From the NCBI GenBank assembly GCA_902517245.1, contig CABYBK010000002.1, positions 84 through 64,083 of the forward strand: a stretch of 64,000 nt of DNA, written 5' to 3'. Origin of the DNA: an uncultured Bacteroidota bacterium (GTDB taxonomy: Bacteria; Bacteroidota; Bacteroidia; Flavobacteriales; Flavobacteriaceae). This document shows, in pieces, positions 1 to 10,337 of the stretch (its first letter is position 1; the number at the start of each line of letters is the position of its first letter). Made by a program: the position numbers and the translations under genes. The notes under the pieces were generated by a model. The model searched no databases. It saw nothing but the letters and a program-made list of their open reading frames with translations, and was not told the DNA's origin.

Positions 1-616
1 TGCACTCCACTACTACATCAATTGGATTTTTTAGGCCTCTAATGTATAGTGACGTTTTTTTCAACGCCTTGGTCATACTCCCACAAAAGTCTACATGGTT
101 ATCTTTTATCATTATAGCATCAAATAAACCCATTCTGTGGTTAATACCGCCTCCAATTCGGACAGCCCATTTCTCTGGATATCGAAAATTTGGAGTAGTT
201 TTTCTTGTATCTAATAGCTTGCATGAAGTGTGTTGAATCATCTTATTTAAGTTAAATGTTAGGCTGGCAATGCCGCTCATCCTTTGCATCGAATTAAGCA
301 CAACTCTTTCGGTTGAAAGAATTGATTGAATATTACCTCTGACAGTAAATCCAATATCACCTTCTTTAACATAATCACCTTCAACTAAAGAAGAGCTAAA
401 GTCCAAATTTGAGTCATAACTTTTAAAAATCAGCTTGGCAAGAGTGATACCTGCTATATGACCTTTATCTTTAATTATAAGTTGGGCACTATTTTTTTTT
501 GAAGAATCTATGCACGACAAACTACTATGATCCCCAACTCCAATATCCTCGGATAATGCTTGATCAATAAATGACTCTATTTCATTTTTGTAATTATTAT
601 AAAAGTTATCGGGCAT
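1..616 (-). CDS. nadC: quinolinate phosphoribosyltransferase (nicotinate-nucleotide diphosphorylase), C-terminus cut by window edge
   Basis: Hand translation of the minus strand from ATG at 616..614 gives MPDNFYNNYKNEIESFIDQALSEDIGVGDHSS...LDTRKTTPNFRYPEKWAVRIGGGINHRMGLFDAIMIKDNH, the QPRTase core. The frame stays open to position 1, so it is absent from the ORF track (no stop in window). It overlaps the nadB stop by 11 nt. Confidence 0.9.
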   Translation of the reverse strand, partial: MPDNFYNNYKNEIESFIDQALSEDIGVGDHSSLSCIDSSKKNSAQLIIKDKGHIAGITLAKLIFKSYDSNLDFSSSLVEGDYVKEGDIGFTVRGNIQSILSTERVVLNSMQRMSGIASLTFNLNKMIQHTSCKLLDTRKTTPNFRYPEKWAVRIGGGINHRMGLFDAIMIKDNHVDFCGSMTKALKKTSLYIRGLKNPIDVVVEC

Positions 617-2162
617 AATTTTGATTGTAAAAAACTCCTTTATTTACTTTAATTTCTTGAGCTTGTTTAGTTAGTAAATATGCAATGCTTACCATATTTC
701 TCAGTTCACATAAACCATTAGTTAATTTATTTTCATGATATAATTTTTGAACTTTTAAATAAATATTATTAATTTTTTTTTCAGCTCTTTCTAAACCATT
801 ATCTGTTTTGAAAATCCCAACATATTTAGTCATTATTTGCTGTAATTGTTCCCTTAAAACCTGCACATTTTGAATAGTAGTGTTTTTAGAATAATCATAA
901 CCATTCCATTCAGGTAATTTATCATAAAAACTTTTTGATGGTAAATTTTGATTTAGAGATTTAATACAATCTATTGCGGCTCGGTGAGAAAAAACTAGGG
1001 CTTCCAAAAGAGAATTTGAAGCAAGTCTATTAGCTCCGTGTAAGCCAGTTGCACTACATTCTCCAATAGCATATAGCCCTTTTAGACTTGATTCACTTTG
1101 GTGGTTCACGATTATTCCTCCACAGAAATAATGAGCTGCAGGAACCACTGGAATTGGATCTTTCGGCAAAAAGATACCAATTGATTTACATGTATTATAA
1201 ATAGTTGGGAAATGTGATTTCCAGCGTTTTTCAGATATTTCTGAACCATCAAGTAAAACAAAATTTTCTTTTTGTTTTTCTATTTGTTTTTGAATTTCAC
1301 GGGCTACAATATCTCTTGGGGCAAGTTCACCTCTTGAATCAATTTTCAACATAAACCGTTCTTGCAATGAATTTCTAAGCTTTCCGCCTTCGCCTCTCAC
1401 TGCTTCTGTTATTAAAAAAACATTCTGTTCTATTTTATCCCTTAAGGCAGTGGGATGAAATTGAACAAATGGCAAGCCATCCATCTGAACTTTAGCACGA
1501 TAAGCTGCACCTAAACCGTCGCCTGTAGCGACAGTTGGATTGGTTGTGTAAGCATATAAGCTTCCAGCTCCACCTGTAGATAGTATTGTAATCTTTGCCC
1601 CTATCTTAATAATTTCCTCTTCTTCTTGAGAAATTATGTATGCACCATAGCAACGATTCATTTTTGATCTAGAGTGATGATCGGTAATTAAATCCACTAG
1701 AGTGTGATTTTCTAAAATTGTGATATTAGAAAAGCTTTTAACTTTTGCTGTAAGAACTTCTTGTATTTGTTTGCCTGTTTGATCTTTATAGTGAACAATT
1801 CTTTTTTCAGAATGACCACCCTCAATTCCTAAGTCTAGTTGTTCTTCCTTTTTGTCAAAAGCAGTACCCCATTTTATAAGCTCATCTAATCGTTTATTTG
1901 CTTCCTCTACTACAAATTTAACAACTTTGGAATTACATGTGCCATCACCCGCAATCATTGTATCTTTGATATGCTTTTCAGTAGAATCTTTTTTTAAATT
2001 CCTAACAACTGCTATGCCACCTTGAGCATATCTTGTATTCCCTTCATTTATATCTCCTTTAGAAATTAGAGTTAACGAAATTTCTGGGCTTTCTTCAGCT
2101 ACTTTAATTGCAAAAGTTAAACCTGAAATTCCCGTACCAATAACAAGAATATCTGTAGTCAT
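606..2162 (-). CDS. nadB: L-aspartate oxidase
   Basis: 518 aa with an N-terminal FAD fold (VIGTGISGL), RYAQGGIA, and HYxxGG / GLHGANRLASNSLLE motifs. Sits between nadA and nadC. Confidence 0.95.
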   Translation of the reverse strand: MTTDILVIGTGISGLTFAIKVAEESPEISLTLISKGDINEGNTRYAQGGIAVVRNLKKDSTEKHIKDTMIAGDGTCNSKVVKFVVEEANKRLDELIKWGTAFDKKEEQLDLGIEGGHSEKRIVHYKDQTGKQIQEVLTAKVKSFSNITILENHTLVDLITDHHSRSKMNRCYGAYIISQEEEEIIKIGAKITILSTGGAGSLYAYTTNPTVATGDGLGAAYRAKVQMDGLPFVQFHPTALRDKIEQNVFLITEAVRGEGGKLRNSLQERFMLKIDSRGELAPRDIVAREIQKQIEKQKENFVLLDGSEISEKRWKSHFPTIYNTCKSIGIFLPKDPIPVVPAAHYFCGGIIVNHQSESSLKGLYAIGECSATGLHGANRLASNSLLEALVFSHRAAIDCIKSLNQNLPSKSFYDKLPEWNGYDYSKNTTIQNVQVLREQLQQIMTKYVGIFKTDNGLERAEKKINNIYLKVQKLYHENKLTNGLCELRNMVSIAYLLTKQAQEIKVNKGVFYNQNYAR

Positions 2163-2164
2163 AA

Positions 2165-3130
2165 TTAACTTAGTTCGAACATGCGTTCTATTGGAATTCT
2201 TGCAGCATCCATAAGCTTTTTATTCATTTTTATTTCAGGAGACTCCTCTAATAAACAACGATAAAGTTTTTCTAAAGTATTGAGCTTCATAAAACCACAT
2301 TCGCTGCAAGCACAAGTATCATCTTCAACAGGAGCTGGTATAAATTTTTTTTCAGGGCAGCATTTTTGCATTTCGTGTAGAATACCTACTTCTGTTGCAA
2401 CAATATATTCTTTAGTTTTATCTTTTTGAACAAAATTTAAAAGTGCGGAGGTACTGCCTATGTAATGAGCAATATCTAAAACAGGAGATTCGCTTTCTGG
2501 ATGTGCAATGAATTTTGCTTTTGGATGCACTTTGATTAAGGATACAATTTTTTCAAAGGAAAAGGCTTCATGAACAACACATGAGCCGTCCCATAGTATC
2601 ATATTTCTATTTGTTTCTTTATTCAGATATGCACCAAGATTTTTATCTGGCGCAAAAATAATTTTTTTATCTCTAGGTATACTTTCAACTATTTTTTTAG
2701 CATTACTCGAAGTACAAACAATATCACTTAAGGTTTTTATTTCTGCAGAACAGTTTATGTAAGAAATAACAATAGCGTCAGGAAATTTCGCTTTAAAGGT
2801 TGCAAAATCTCCCGGAGGGCAAGAATCAGCTAATGAACACCCTGCTTTTAGGTCCGGGATAAGAACTTTTTTCAAAGGGTTTATAATTTTTGCTGTTTCT
2901 GCCATAAAATGAACACCTGCAAGAACAATGATATCATTGTTTATTTTAGATGCTTGCTGAGCTAAATAAAGACTATCTCCAAGATAGTCTGCAACTTCTT
3001 GAATTGATTCTTCCTGATAGTAATGAGCAAGAATTACAGCATTCTTTTCTTCTTTTAATTTCTGGATAGCTGAAGCATATTCAGAATAATCTTTAACTCC
3101 TTCTTTAAGTATGCTGTTTTTTATATTCAT
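2165..3130 (-). CDS. nadA: quinolinate synthase
   Basis: 321 aa with HYYQ...VADYxGDSL, GVHFMAE and conserved Cys ligands. Lies 2 nt upstream of nadB. Confidence 0.95.
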   Translation of the reverse strand: MNIKNSILKEGVKDYSEYASAIQKLKEEKNAVILAHYYQEESIQEVADYLGDSLYLAQQASKINNDIIVLAGVHFMAETAKIINPLKKVLIPDLKAGCSLADSCPPGDFATFKAKFPDAIVISYINCSAEIKTLSDIVCTSSNAKKIVESIPRDKKIIFAPDKNLGAYLNKETNRNMILWDGSCVVHEAFSFEKIVSLIKVHPKAKFIAHPESESPVLDIAHYIGSTSALLNFVQKDKTKEYIVATEVGILHEMQKCCPEKKFIPAPVEDDTCACSECGFMKLNTLEKLYRCLLEESPEIKMNKKLMDAARIPIERMFELS

Positions 3131-3149
3131 AATATAAAATTAGTAAGTT

Positions 3150-3887
3150 TTAGAGTATAGATTTTATGCTCTTTATATTTTTTTTTGAATTCTCATTTAT
3201 AACACTATCCATGGTATAAGCATTTTCTACTAATTGAACACCACTCTGAATTCTTCTAAGTGATGTAAGATGTGCTCCAGAATCAAGTTTTTTTCCAAAA
3301 TCATGAGCTAAACTCCTAATATAAGTGCCTTTACTACATTTTATTAAAAAATTTATTTTAAGCCCCTTACGCTTAATTTCAAATTTTGATATGATTACCT
3401 GACGAGGCTTCATAATAATTTTCTTTCCTGCTCTTGCTAATTCATAAAGGCGATTCCCATCTTTTTTTAGTGCAGAATATAAAGGAGGTATTTGTGAAAT
3501 TTTACCTGACAAGCTTTTGATAGCTTTATTAATTAAATCTTCTGTAATATGCTGAGTAGGAAAAGTTGCATCAATTTTTGTCTCCTGATCATAAGAGGGT
3601 GTTGTACTTCCTAAAATTAGATTTCCAATATAAGTCTTTTCATCAAGTTGAAGATCATTGATTTTTTTTGTTTTTTTACCTGTACAAATCACTAGTAATC
3701 CTGTTGCTAATGGGTCCAATGTTCCAGCATGTCCAACCTTTAATTTTTTTAATCCAGTTTTATTTTTTAGATGCCAGCGAATTTTATTAACTACCTGAAA
3801 TGAAGTCCAACCCAACGGTTTATCTATTAAAAAAATCTGCCCTTCAAGTAAATTCTCGGCCTTGAATTTTTCTTTAAAAAAGTCCAT
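3150..3887 (-). CDS. truB: tRNA pseudouridine(55) synthase
   Basis: Contains LIDKPLGWTSFQ and GHAGTLDPLATGLL (catalytic Asp present). I place the start at the internal ATG (3887, MDFFKEK...) rather than the ORF-track start 3956, which would overlap uppP by 83 nt. Confidence 0.9.
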   Translation of the reverse strand: MDFFKEKFKAENLLEGQIFLIDKPLGWTSFQVVNKIRWHLKNKTGLKKLKVGHAGTLDPLATGLLVICTGKKTKKINDLQLDEKTYIGNLILGSTTPSYDQETKIDATFPTQHITEDLINKAIKSLSGKISQIPPLYSALKKDGNRLYELARAGKKIIMKPRQVIISKFEIKRKGLKINFLIKCSKGTYIRSLAHDFGKKLDSGAHLTSLRRIQSGVQLVENAYTMDSVINENSKKNIKSIKSIL

Positions 3888-4665
3888 AAAATATGGTTGC
3901 TGCTCCAATAAATAAACAATAATAACTGAAGTATTTAAGCTTACTTTTTTTAACAAAGGTAATCATCCATTTACAAGCAAAAATACCACTTAGAAAAGCA
4001 GCTGTAAAACCCAAAGTCAAATTGATTATACTAATATTTTGAGGTACTGTTTCCATATCAAATATGATTTTAACCATGCTTCCAAATATAAGAGGGAGCA
4101 CCATTAGAAAAGAAAAACTTGTAGCTTTTTTACGATCAACTCCCAATAAAACTGCGCTTGCAATTGTCGAACCACTTCTCGATATACCAGGAAGAATGGC
4201 TACGGATTGAACAATTCCTAAAATAAAAGCATTAAAAAAGGATATTTTTTTTTTCATATCTCTGGTAAGATCTGAAATAAAAAGAATTACCGCAGTCAAT
4301 AAAAGCATACCTCCCACAAGAACCATGTTTCTTGAAAATAAAGTTTCGATTTGTTCTTGAAAAAATAATCCCACAATAGTTGCAGGAATCATTGAAATTA
4401 TAATTTTTATGGAAAATTGAGTATGCTCATTTTTTTTAAAATATGAAATGCCCTTAATGATTTCATAAATTTCTTTTTTAAAAACAACTATTGTACTTAG
4501 AGCTGTACCAAAATGCAACACTAGGGTCATAAACAAACTTTCTTGACCCATAATCTCATTTCCAAATATTGCTTTTCCAATTTCTAAATGACCACTTGAA
4601 GATATGGGTAAAAATTCAGTTAAGCCCTGGATAACTCCTAGTACAATAGCTTCAACAAATCTCAT
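3874..4665 (-). CDS. uppP: undecaprenyl-diphosphate phosphatase
   Basis: 263 aa polytopic protein with GxxQGLTEFLPISSSGHL and PGISRSG motifs. Confidence 0.93.
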   Translation of the reverse strand: MRFVEAIVLGVIQGLTEFLPISSSGHLEIGKAIFGNEIMGQESLFMTLVLHFGTALSTIVVFKKEIYEIIKGISYFKKNEHTQFSIKIIISMIPATIVGLFFQEQIETLFSRNMVLVGGMLLLTAVILFISDLTRDMKKKISFFNAFILGIVQSVAILPGISRSGSTIASAVLLGVDRKKATSFSFLMVLPLIFGSMVKIIFDMETVPQNISIINLTLGFTAAFLSGIFACKWMITFVKKSKLKYFSYYCLFIGAATIFYGLF

Positions 4666-4907
4666 TTAAAACTCTTTGTTTTGATTAAAATAGAATAAAT
4701 AGCCACACCAAAACCAACAAGAATTAAAGTAGGAGCAATTCGAATTCTTCTAAAATTAAAAATTTCTTCATTAAAATAATTAGGGTCTTCACTACCACCC
4801 CCAGCCATTATAATAAAACCAGAAGAAATTATAATAAATGAGATAAATAGTATTACATAATTACGTTTCCCAAATAAGAATTTTTTTGGAGAAGGAGATT
4901 TTTTCAT
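4662..4907 (-). CDS. small two-TM membrane protein (DUF3098-like)
   Basis: 81 aa with two hydrophobic helices. Its position between ftsX and uppP is typical of Bacteroidota. 4-nt overlap with the uppP start. Confidence 0.6.
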   Translation of the reverse strand: MKKSPSPKKFLFGKRNYVILFISFIIISSGFIIMAGGGSEDPNYFNEEIFNFRRIRIAPTLILVGFGVAIYSILIKTKSFK

Positions 4908-4916
4908 AGTTTACAT

Positions 4917-5795
4917 TCAATAAACAGCATCTGTTTTTAATTTTAAATATCGTTGGGTAGCAAAAAATGTACTTAGACCAGTTATTCCTATTCCTAGTGT
5001 CATGATACTAATAAAAATAATAGTTAATTCGTTTTGCTGTTGGAATATTTCTAACTCTGGGAAACGTTTATCTATTTCCCAAAGCAAAAAACTTAGTCCA
5101 ATTAAAGCAAGTATTGAACTCAAAACACCTAAAAGTACATGACTCAATATAAATGGTTTTCGTATAAATGATTTGGTTGCTCCTACTAACTGCATAGTCT
5201 TGATAATGATTCGTTTGGAATAAATTGATAAACGTATTGAGCTATTTATTAATAATAGGGCAATTATAATAAATAGAGTACTTATCATTAAAAGTAAAAA
5301 TGATACTCTTTGGATATTTTCATCTAAAAGTGCAACCAGAGGTTGGTCGAAAACAACTTCATCAACGAAATCAGAAACCTCGATTTCTGTTTTAGTTTCA
5401 TTTAAACTCAAATTGTTTACATATGTTGAGTTAAAATAAATGTCAAGGGAATTTAGAAGGGGATTATATCCTAAGAATTCTACAAAATCTTCTCCAATAT
5501 CTCTGGCATAAAGATCGGCAGCCTCCTCCTTTGAGGTATATGTAACTTTTCTTGTTGCGGCATTAAGTTGGATTTTCTTTTGCATTTGAGAAATTTCTAT
5601 ATCCTTAGCACTGTCTTTTAAAAAAACTGTCATAACAATTTGCTCCTTAAAATGCGAGACTAAATTTTTTGTGTTAAGTAAAAATAAACCCAAAATCCCC
5701 AATAAAAAAAGGACAATACTGATGCTAATTACAACTGAGAAGTAGCTATTTAATATTCTTCTTTTTTGATAATTATCTTGAAAATTTTCTGGCAT
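4917..5795 (-). CDS. ftsX: FtsX-like cell division permease
   Basis: 292 aa with one N-terminal TM, a periplasmic domain and three C-terminal TM helices (FtsX architecture). Contains the MQLVGATKSFIRKPF motif. Confidence 0.85.
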   Translation of the reverse strand: MPENFQDNYQKRRILNSYFSVVISISIVLFLLGILGLFLLNTKNLVSHFKEQIVMTVFLKDSAKDIEISQMQKKIQLNAATRKVTYTSKEEAADLYARDIGEDFVEFLGYNPLLNSLDIYFNSTYVNNLSLNETKTEIEVSDFVDEVVFDQPLVALLDENIQRVSFLLLMISTLFIIIALLLINSSIRLSIYSKRIIIKTMQLVGATKSFIRKPFILSHVLLGVLSSILALIGLSFLLWEIDKRFPELEIFQQQNELTIIFISIMTLGIGITGLSTFFATQRYLKLKTDAVY

Positions 5796-5925
5796 TGACT
5801 ATTTTTTTGTAAAAATAGAAAAGAAAAACAAGATAAAGATATAGATAAAATATTCTTTTTAGCTATTTGACATTCGATCAATAAGCGTACTTTTGTTGCT
5901 TTTATAAGTATTAACATTTTAGGTA

Positions 5926-8742
5926 GTGGAGTACGATTTTGAAAGCATAGAGAAAAAATGGCAAGCATATTGGGCAAAAAATCAAACCTTTAAAGTAGAG
6001 AATGACTCTGATAAGCCTAAATATTATATCCTCGATATGTTTCCTTATCCTTCTGGAGCTGGTCTTCACGTTGGACATCCCTTAGGCTACATAGCAAGTG
6101 ATATTTTTGCTCGATACAAGAGACACAAAGGATATAATGTTCTTCATCCTCAAGGATATGATTCTTTTGGTTTACCGGCAGAACAATACGCCATCCAAAC
6201 TGGACAGCATCCTGCTAAAACCACAAAAGAAAACATTTCTAGATATCGCGTTCAGCTTGATCAGATGGGGTTTTCATTTGATTGGAGCAGAGAGTTACGA
6301 ACTTCAAGCCCCGATTTTTATAAATGGACCCAATGGATATTCTTGCTTCTTTTCGAACATTATTATTGCAAGACCAAAAACAAGGCACTTCCAATTACAA
6401 ATTTGATAAGCTATTTTGAAAAGGAGGGAAATTATTTTGTCGATGCAGTTTGTTCTCCTGGAACTGAAAACTTCACCGCTGATCAATGGCTCAAGTTTAG
6501 CAAAGTCCAAAAAGAAGAAATTCTTCTAAACTATAGATTAACTTATTTATCAAATACAGAAGTAAATTGGTGTGCTGATTTAGGTACAGTTTTGGCTAAC
6601 GACGAAGTAATTAATGGGGTCTCAGAGCGTGGAGGTTATCCTGTTACTAAGAAGAAAATGAGGCAGTGGAGTATGCGGGTTGGAGCATATGCAGAACGCT
6701 TGCTTTCAGATTTAGATAAAATTGATTGGCCAGATTCATTAAAGGAAATGCAAAGAAATTGGATTGGAAAGTCTATTGGAGCAAAAGTTTTATTTCAGAT
6801 TGAGGGTTTTGACCAAAAAATCGAAGTATTCACTACACGCCCAGATACTTTGTTTGGTGTTACATTTATGACTTTAGCACCTGAGCTTGATATAGTCAAA
6901 ATTATTACCCATGAAGAACAAAAAAATGAGGTGAATAATTATATTGAGCAAACACAACAGAGAAGTCAACGAGAAAGGATGTCAGATGTTAAGAGTATTA
7001 CAGGTGTTTTTACCGGTAGTTATGTTTTGCATCCTTTCACTGGAGAAAGAATACCAATTTGGATAGGAGATTATGTCTTAGCAGATTATGGAACAGGAGC
7101 AGTGATGGCAGTACCATGTGGTGATCAGAGAGACTATGATTTTGCTAAAAAATTCAATATCCCGATCAAAAATATTTTTAAGGGTGTTTCAATTGATAAA
7201 GAGGCCTATGTAAACAAAGAAAATACAATTATTGACAATTCAGATTTCCTAACAAATCTTACCTACTCTGAGGCAATGTCAAGAATAATTGAGGAATTAG
7301 AAAATAAAGAATGTGGAGAGGGAACTATAAATTATCGTTTACGCGATGCTATTTTTAGTAGACAACGTTACTGGGGAGAACCAATTCCCATCTATTATAA
7401 AGATAAACTTCCTCAACCTTTAAATCTTGATGATTTACCTTTAAAACTTCCTGATGTTGAGAACTATTTGCCTACCCGTGAAGGATTTCCTCCCCTTGGA
7501 AATGCACATAAATGGGCATGGGATACTGAGTTGAGAACTGTTGTAGAAAATGAAAAAATTGATAACAAAAAAGTATTTCCTTTAGAGCTAAATACTATGC
7601 CTGGTTGGGCAGGGAGTTCTTGGTATTTTTACAGGTACATGGATTCTCAGAATTCAGACACATTTGTAGGTAAAAAAGCGGTGAATTATTGGCAGGATGT
7701 AGATTTATACTTAGGAGGTAGTGAACATGCCACAGGTCACTTGTTATACTCTCGTTTTTGGCAAAAATTTCTTTTCGATCTAAAACTTTTACCTGTAGAC
7801 GAATACGCAAAAAAATTAATTAATCAGGGAATGATTTTAGGGAATTCTGCATTTATTTACAGAAAACCAGGATCACAGGAATATATTTCTAAAGATTTGC
7901 TAAATTCAGTCGAAGGTTACGATCCAATTAGAGTAGATGTAGATTTAGTAAACCTGTCTGATGAATTAGATATCGATCGCTTACGTATGTGGCAAAAACA
8001 ATTTGGTACTGCAAAATTTAAGATGAATAATGGAGTTTTTAAAGTAGGCCGCGAGATAGAAAAAATGTCCAAGTCAAAATTTAATGTTGTCAATCCAGAT
8101 AGAATTTGTGATAAATATGGGGCGGATACATTAAGAATGTACGAAATGTTTTTAGGCCCTATTGAGCAAGCGAAACCCTGGAATACTGCCGGAATTTCGG
8201 GGGTTCATAATTTTTTGAAGAAATATTTGCGTTTATTTTATGCAGAAAATCATTGGATTGTGAACGATGAAGAGCCAAATAAAAAAGAACTTAAAATTTT
8301 ACATGAGACAATTAAAAGAGTAAGTATCGATATTGAGAATTTTTCCTTTAACACATGTGTTAGTTCATTTATGATTTGTGTAAATGAATTGACATCGTTA
8401 AACTGTCACAGTAGAGAAATTCTTACCCCACTAACACTGCTTTTATCTCCTTTTGCCCCTCATTTAGCCGAGGAAATTTGGGAAAAATTAGGGAACAAAA
8501 CTACGATAGTGTATGATTCTTTTCCTGAAGTAAATGAATCATATTTGGTTGTGGACACAAAAAATTACCCTGTTTCATTTAATGGTAAAATGCGTTTTGT
8601 CATTCCTTTGTCACTTAGTCTCCCTCAAGAAGATATTAAAAAAGCAGTATTGAATGATGTAAGAACTATTGAATACTTGAAAGGAAAAACACCCAAAAAA
8701 TGGATAATAATTCCGACAAAAATCATCAATATTGTGTTCTAA
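5926..8742 (+). CDS. leuS: leucine--tRNA ligase
   Basis: 938 aa with HVGHP (HIGH) and KMSKS motifs. GTG start at 5926. Confidence 0.97.
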   Translation: MEYDFESIEKKWQAYWAKNQTFKVENDSDKPKYYILDMFPYPSGAGLHVGHPLGYIASDIFARYKRHKGYNVLHPQGYDSFGLPAEQYAIQTGQHPAKTTKENISRYRVQLDQMGFSFDWSRELRTSSPDFYKWTQWIFLLLFEHYYCKTKNKALPITNLISYFEKEGNYFVDAVCSPGTENFTADQWLKFSKVQKEEILLNYRLTYLSNTEVNWCADLGTVLANDEVINGVSERGGYPVTKKKMRQWSMRVGAYAERLLSDLDKIDWPDSLKEMQRNWIGKSIGAKVLFQIEGFDQKIEVFTTRPDTLFGVTFMTLAPELDIVKIITHEEQKNEVNNYIEQTQQRSQRERMSDVKSITGVFTGSYVLHPFTGERIPIWIGDYVLADYGTGAVMAVPCGDQRDYDFAKKFNIPIKNIFKGVSIDKEAYVNKENTIIDNSDFLTNLTYSEAMSRIIEELENKECGEGTINYRLRDAIFSRQRYWGEPIPIYYKDKLPQPLNLDDLPLKLPDVENYLPTREGFPPLGNAHKWAWDTELRTVVENEKIDNKKVFPLELNTMPGWAGSSWYFYRYMDSQNSDTFVGKKAVNYWQDVDLYLGGSEHATGHLLYSRFWQKFLFDLKLLPVDEYAKKLINQGMILGNSAFIYRKPGSQEYISKDLLNSVEGYDPIRVDVDLVNLSDELDIDRLRMWQKQFGTAKFKMNNGVFKVGREIEKMSKSKFNVVNPDRICDKYGADTLRMYEMFLGPIEQAKPWNTAGISGVHNFLKKYLRLFYAENHWIVNDEEPNKKELKILHETIKRVSIDIENFSFNTCVSSFMICVNELTSLNCHSREILTPLTLLLSPFAPHLAEEIWEKLGNKTTIVYDSFPEVNESYLVVDTKNYPVSFNGKMRFVIPLSLSLPQEDIKKAVLNDVRTIEYLKGKTPKKWIIIPTKIINIVF

Positions 8743-9002
8743 TGATAGATTTTGAGATTGAAACTATCGGATTGATGGCTGCCTGTTTTACAACAGGATC
8801 TTTTTTGCCTCAAGTCTATAAAATTTGGAAACACAAAAGATCTGATGGAGTTTCATTAAGTATGTATCTTTTTATGTTAACAGGAGTAATATTATGGATT
8901 ATTTACGGATTATTTATTGGAAGTATTTCTGTGATAATTGCAAATTTTATTGCTGCGATATTGCAATCTATAATTATATATTATAAATTAAAATTGAAAT
9001 AA
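8742..9002 (+). CDS. SemiSWEET / PQ-loop small sugar-transporter-like protein
   Basis: About 86 aa from the ATG at 8742 (MIDFEIETIG...), with three TM helices and the LPQ motif (GSFLPQVYKIWKHK). The ATG shares one nt with the leuS TAA stop. Confidence 0.7.
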   Translation: MIDFEIETIGLMAACFTTGSFLPQVYKIWKHKRSDGVSLSMYLFMLTGVILWIIYGLFIGSISVIIANFIAAILQSIIIYYKLKLK

Positions 9003-9048
9003 TAATTTATTAATCCAAAGCTTTCAGTTATTTTTAAAAAAAATATAT

Positions 9049-9741
9049 ATGGGAAGCTATTATTTACTTTTAATTTTTATTTCTGGGGCTAGTATGTGGG
9101 TAAGTGGTACCCTAAAAAGAAAGTTTAAAAAATATTCTAAAATTCAACTTCATAGTAATATGTCAGGCAAGGAAATTGCTGAAAAAATGTTGTCTGATCA
9201 TGGAATTAAAGACGTGAAAATAATTTCAGTCCGTGGCTCATTGACAGATCATTATAATCCTCAAAAGAAAACGATTAACTTAAGTGAATCAGTTTTTAAT
9301 GAACGTAATGCTGCTTCAGCTGCTGTGGCTGCACATGAATGTGGGCATGCTGTCCAACATGCTAATGGATATGAATGGTTACAATTAAGATCTTCTCTAG
9401 TGCCTCTTGTTGGTGTAGCTTCAAACATGTCCATGATTATTATCATTGGAGGGTTATTATTGATTAATGTTATTCCAATTGGATTTGAAATAGCAGTTAT
9501 TGGGTTAGCTCTTTTTTCGATGGGTACCTTGTTTAGTTTTATTACTTTGCCTGTGGAGTATGATGCTAGCAATCGCGCTTTAGCATGGCTTCAAAGAAAA
9601 AGCATTGTATCACGTTCTGAATTTGATGGAGCTCAAGATGCATTGAAGTGGGCTGCTAGAACATACGTGGTTGCAGCTTTATCATCATTAGCTACATTAG
9701 CTTATTTTGCTTTCCAAATTTTTGGTGGTAGAAGAAACTGA
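9049..9741 (+). CDS. membrane zinc metallopeptidase (Zn_peptidase_2-like)
   Basis: 230 aa with HECGHAVQH (HExxH) and flanking TM segments. Confidence 0.85.
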   Translation: MGSYYLLLIFISGASMWVSGTLKRKFKKYSKIQLHSNMSGKEIAEKMLSDHGIKDVKIISVRGSLTDHYNPQKKTINLSESVFNERNAASAAVAAHECGHAVQHANGYEWLQLRSSLVPLVGVASNMSMIIIIGGLLLINVIPIGFEIAVIGLALFSMGTLFSFITLPVEYDASNRALAWLQRKSIVSRSEFDGAQDALKWAARTYVVAALSSLATLAYFAFQIFGGRRN

Positions 9742-10212
9742 TCAAAAACTAACTTGTCTATTAATCTGTTCTTCTAGCGATATAAAAGTTTCTGTTCTTG
9801 AAACGCCTTCTACAGATTGTATATTTTTGTTTAGTAATTCCATAAGATGCTCATTATCTCTACATAAAAGCTTTGCAAAAATACTCCAATTTCCAGTTGT
9901 ATAGTGACATTCAATTACTTCAGGAATATTTTTTAATTGTTTTACAGCCTCAGGATTTCGAATTGCTTTGTCTAGGTAAACACCTATAAAAGCAACAGTT
10001 TTGAATCCGAGGATTTTAGGGTTCAAAATAATTTGTGATCCAGAAATTACCTTAGCTTTCTCAAGTTTTTTTAAACGTTGGTGAACCGCAGCACCAGAAA
10101 TTCCAGCAACACTGGCAATAACTTGAATTGGTGTTCTTGCATCTTGCAAAAGATTTTTTATAATGATTTTATCTATACCGTCAACGGTAACACTCTGCTT
10201 TACAATTTTCAA
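9742..10212 (-). CDS. Lrp/AsnC family transcriptional regulator
   Basis: 156 aa with an N-terminal HTH (DKIIIKNLLQDARTPIQVIASVAGISGAAVHQRLKKLE) and a C-terminal RAM/AsnC_trans_reg-like domain. Confidence 0.9.
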   Translation of the reverse strand: MKIVKQSVTVDGIDKIIIKNLLQDARTPIQVIASVAGISGAAVHQRLKKLEKAKVISGSQIILNPKILGFKTVAFIGVYLDKAIRNPEAVKQLKNIPEVIECHYTTGNWSIFAKLLCRDNEHLMELLNKNIQSVEGVSRTETFISLEEQINRQVSF

Positions 10213-10337
10213 TTTATTTGTATTTTAGTTCAATTAAAAGGTTGAAAAATAAAGGTAATAGATAATAATTAACTTAAAACATTTAAAATTATTTATGTTT
10301 TAGTTAATAAATGACAAGTGTATTTTAAATTAAAATA

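Noticed and set aside
42-236. A 64-aa plus-strand ORF at the window start.
   Set aside because: It lies inside the clearly recognisable minus-strand nadC coding sequence.
5750-5977. A 75-aa minus-strand ORF spanning the ftsX/leuS divergent promoter region.
   Set aside because: It overlaps both the ftsX start and the leuS start, has low-complexity AT-rich codons, and shows no recognisable motif.
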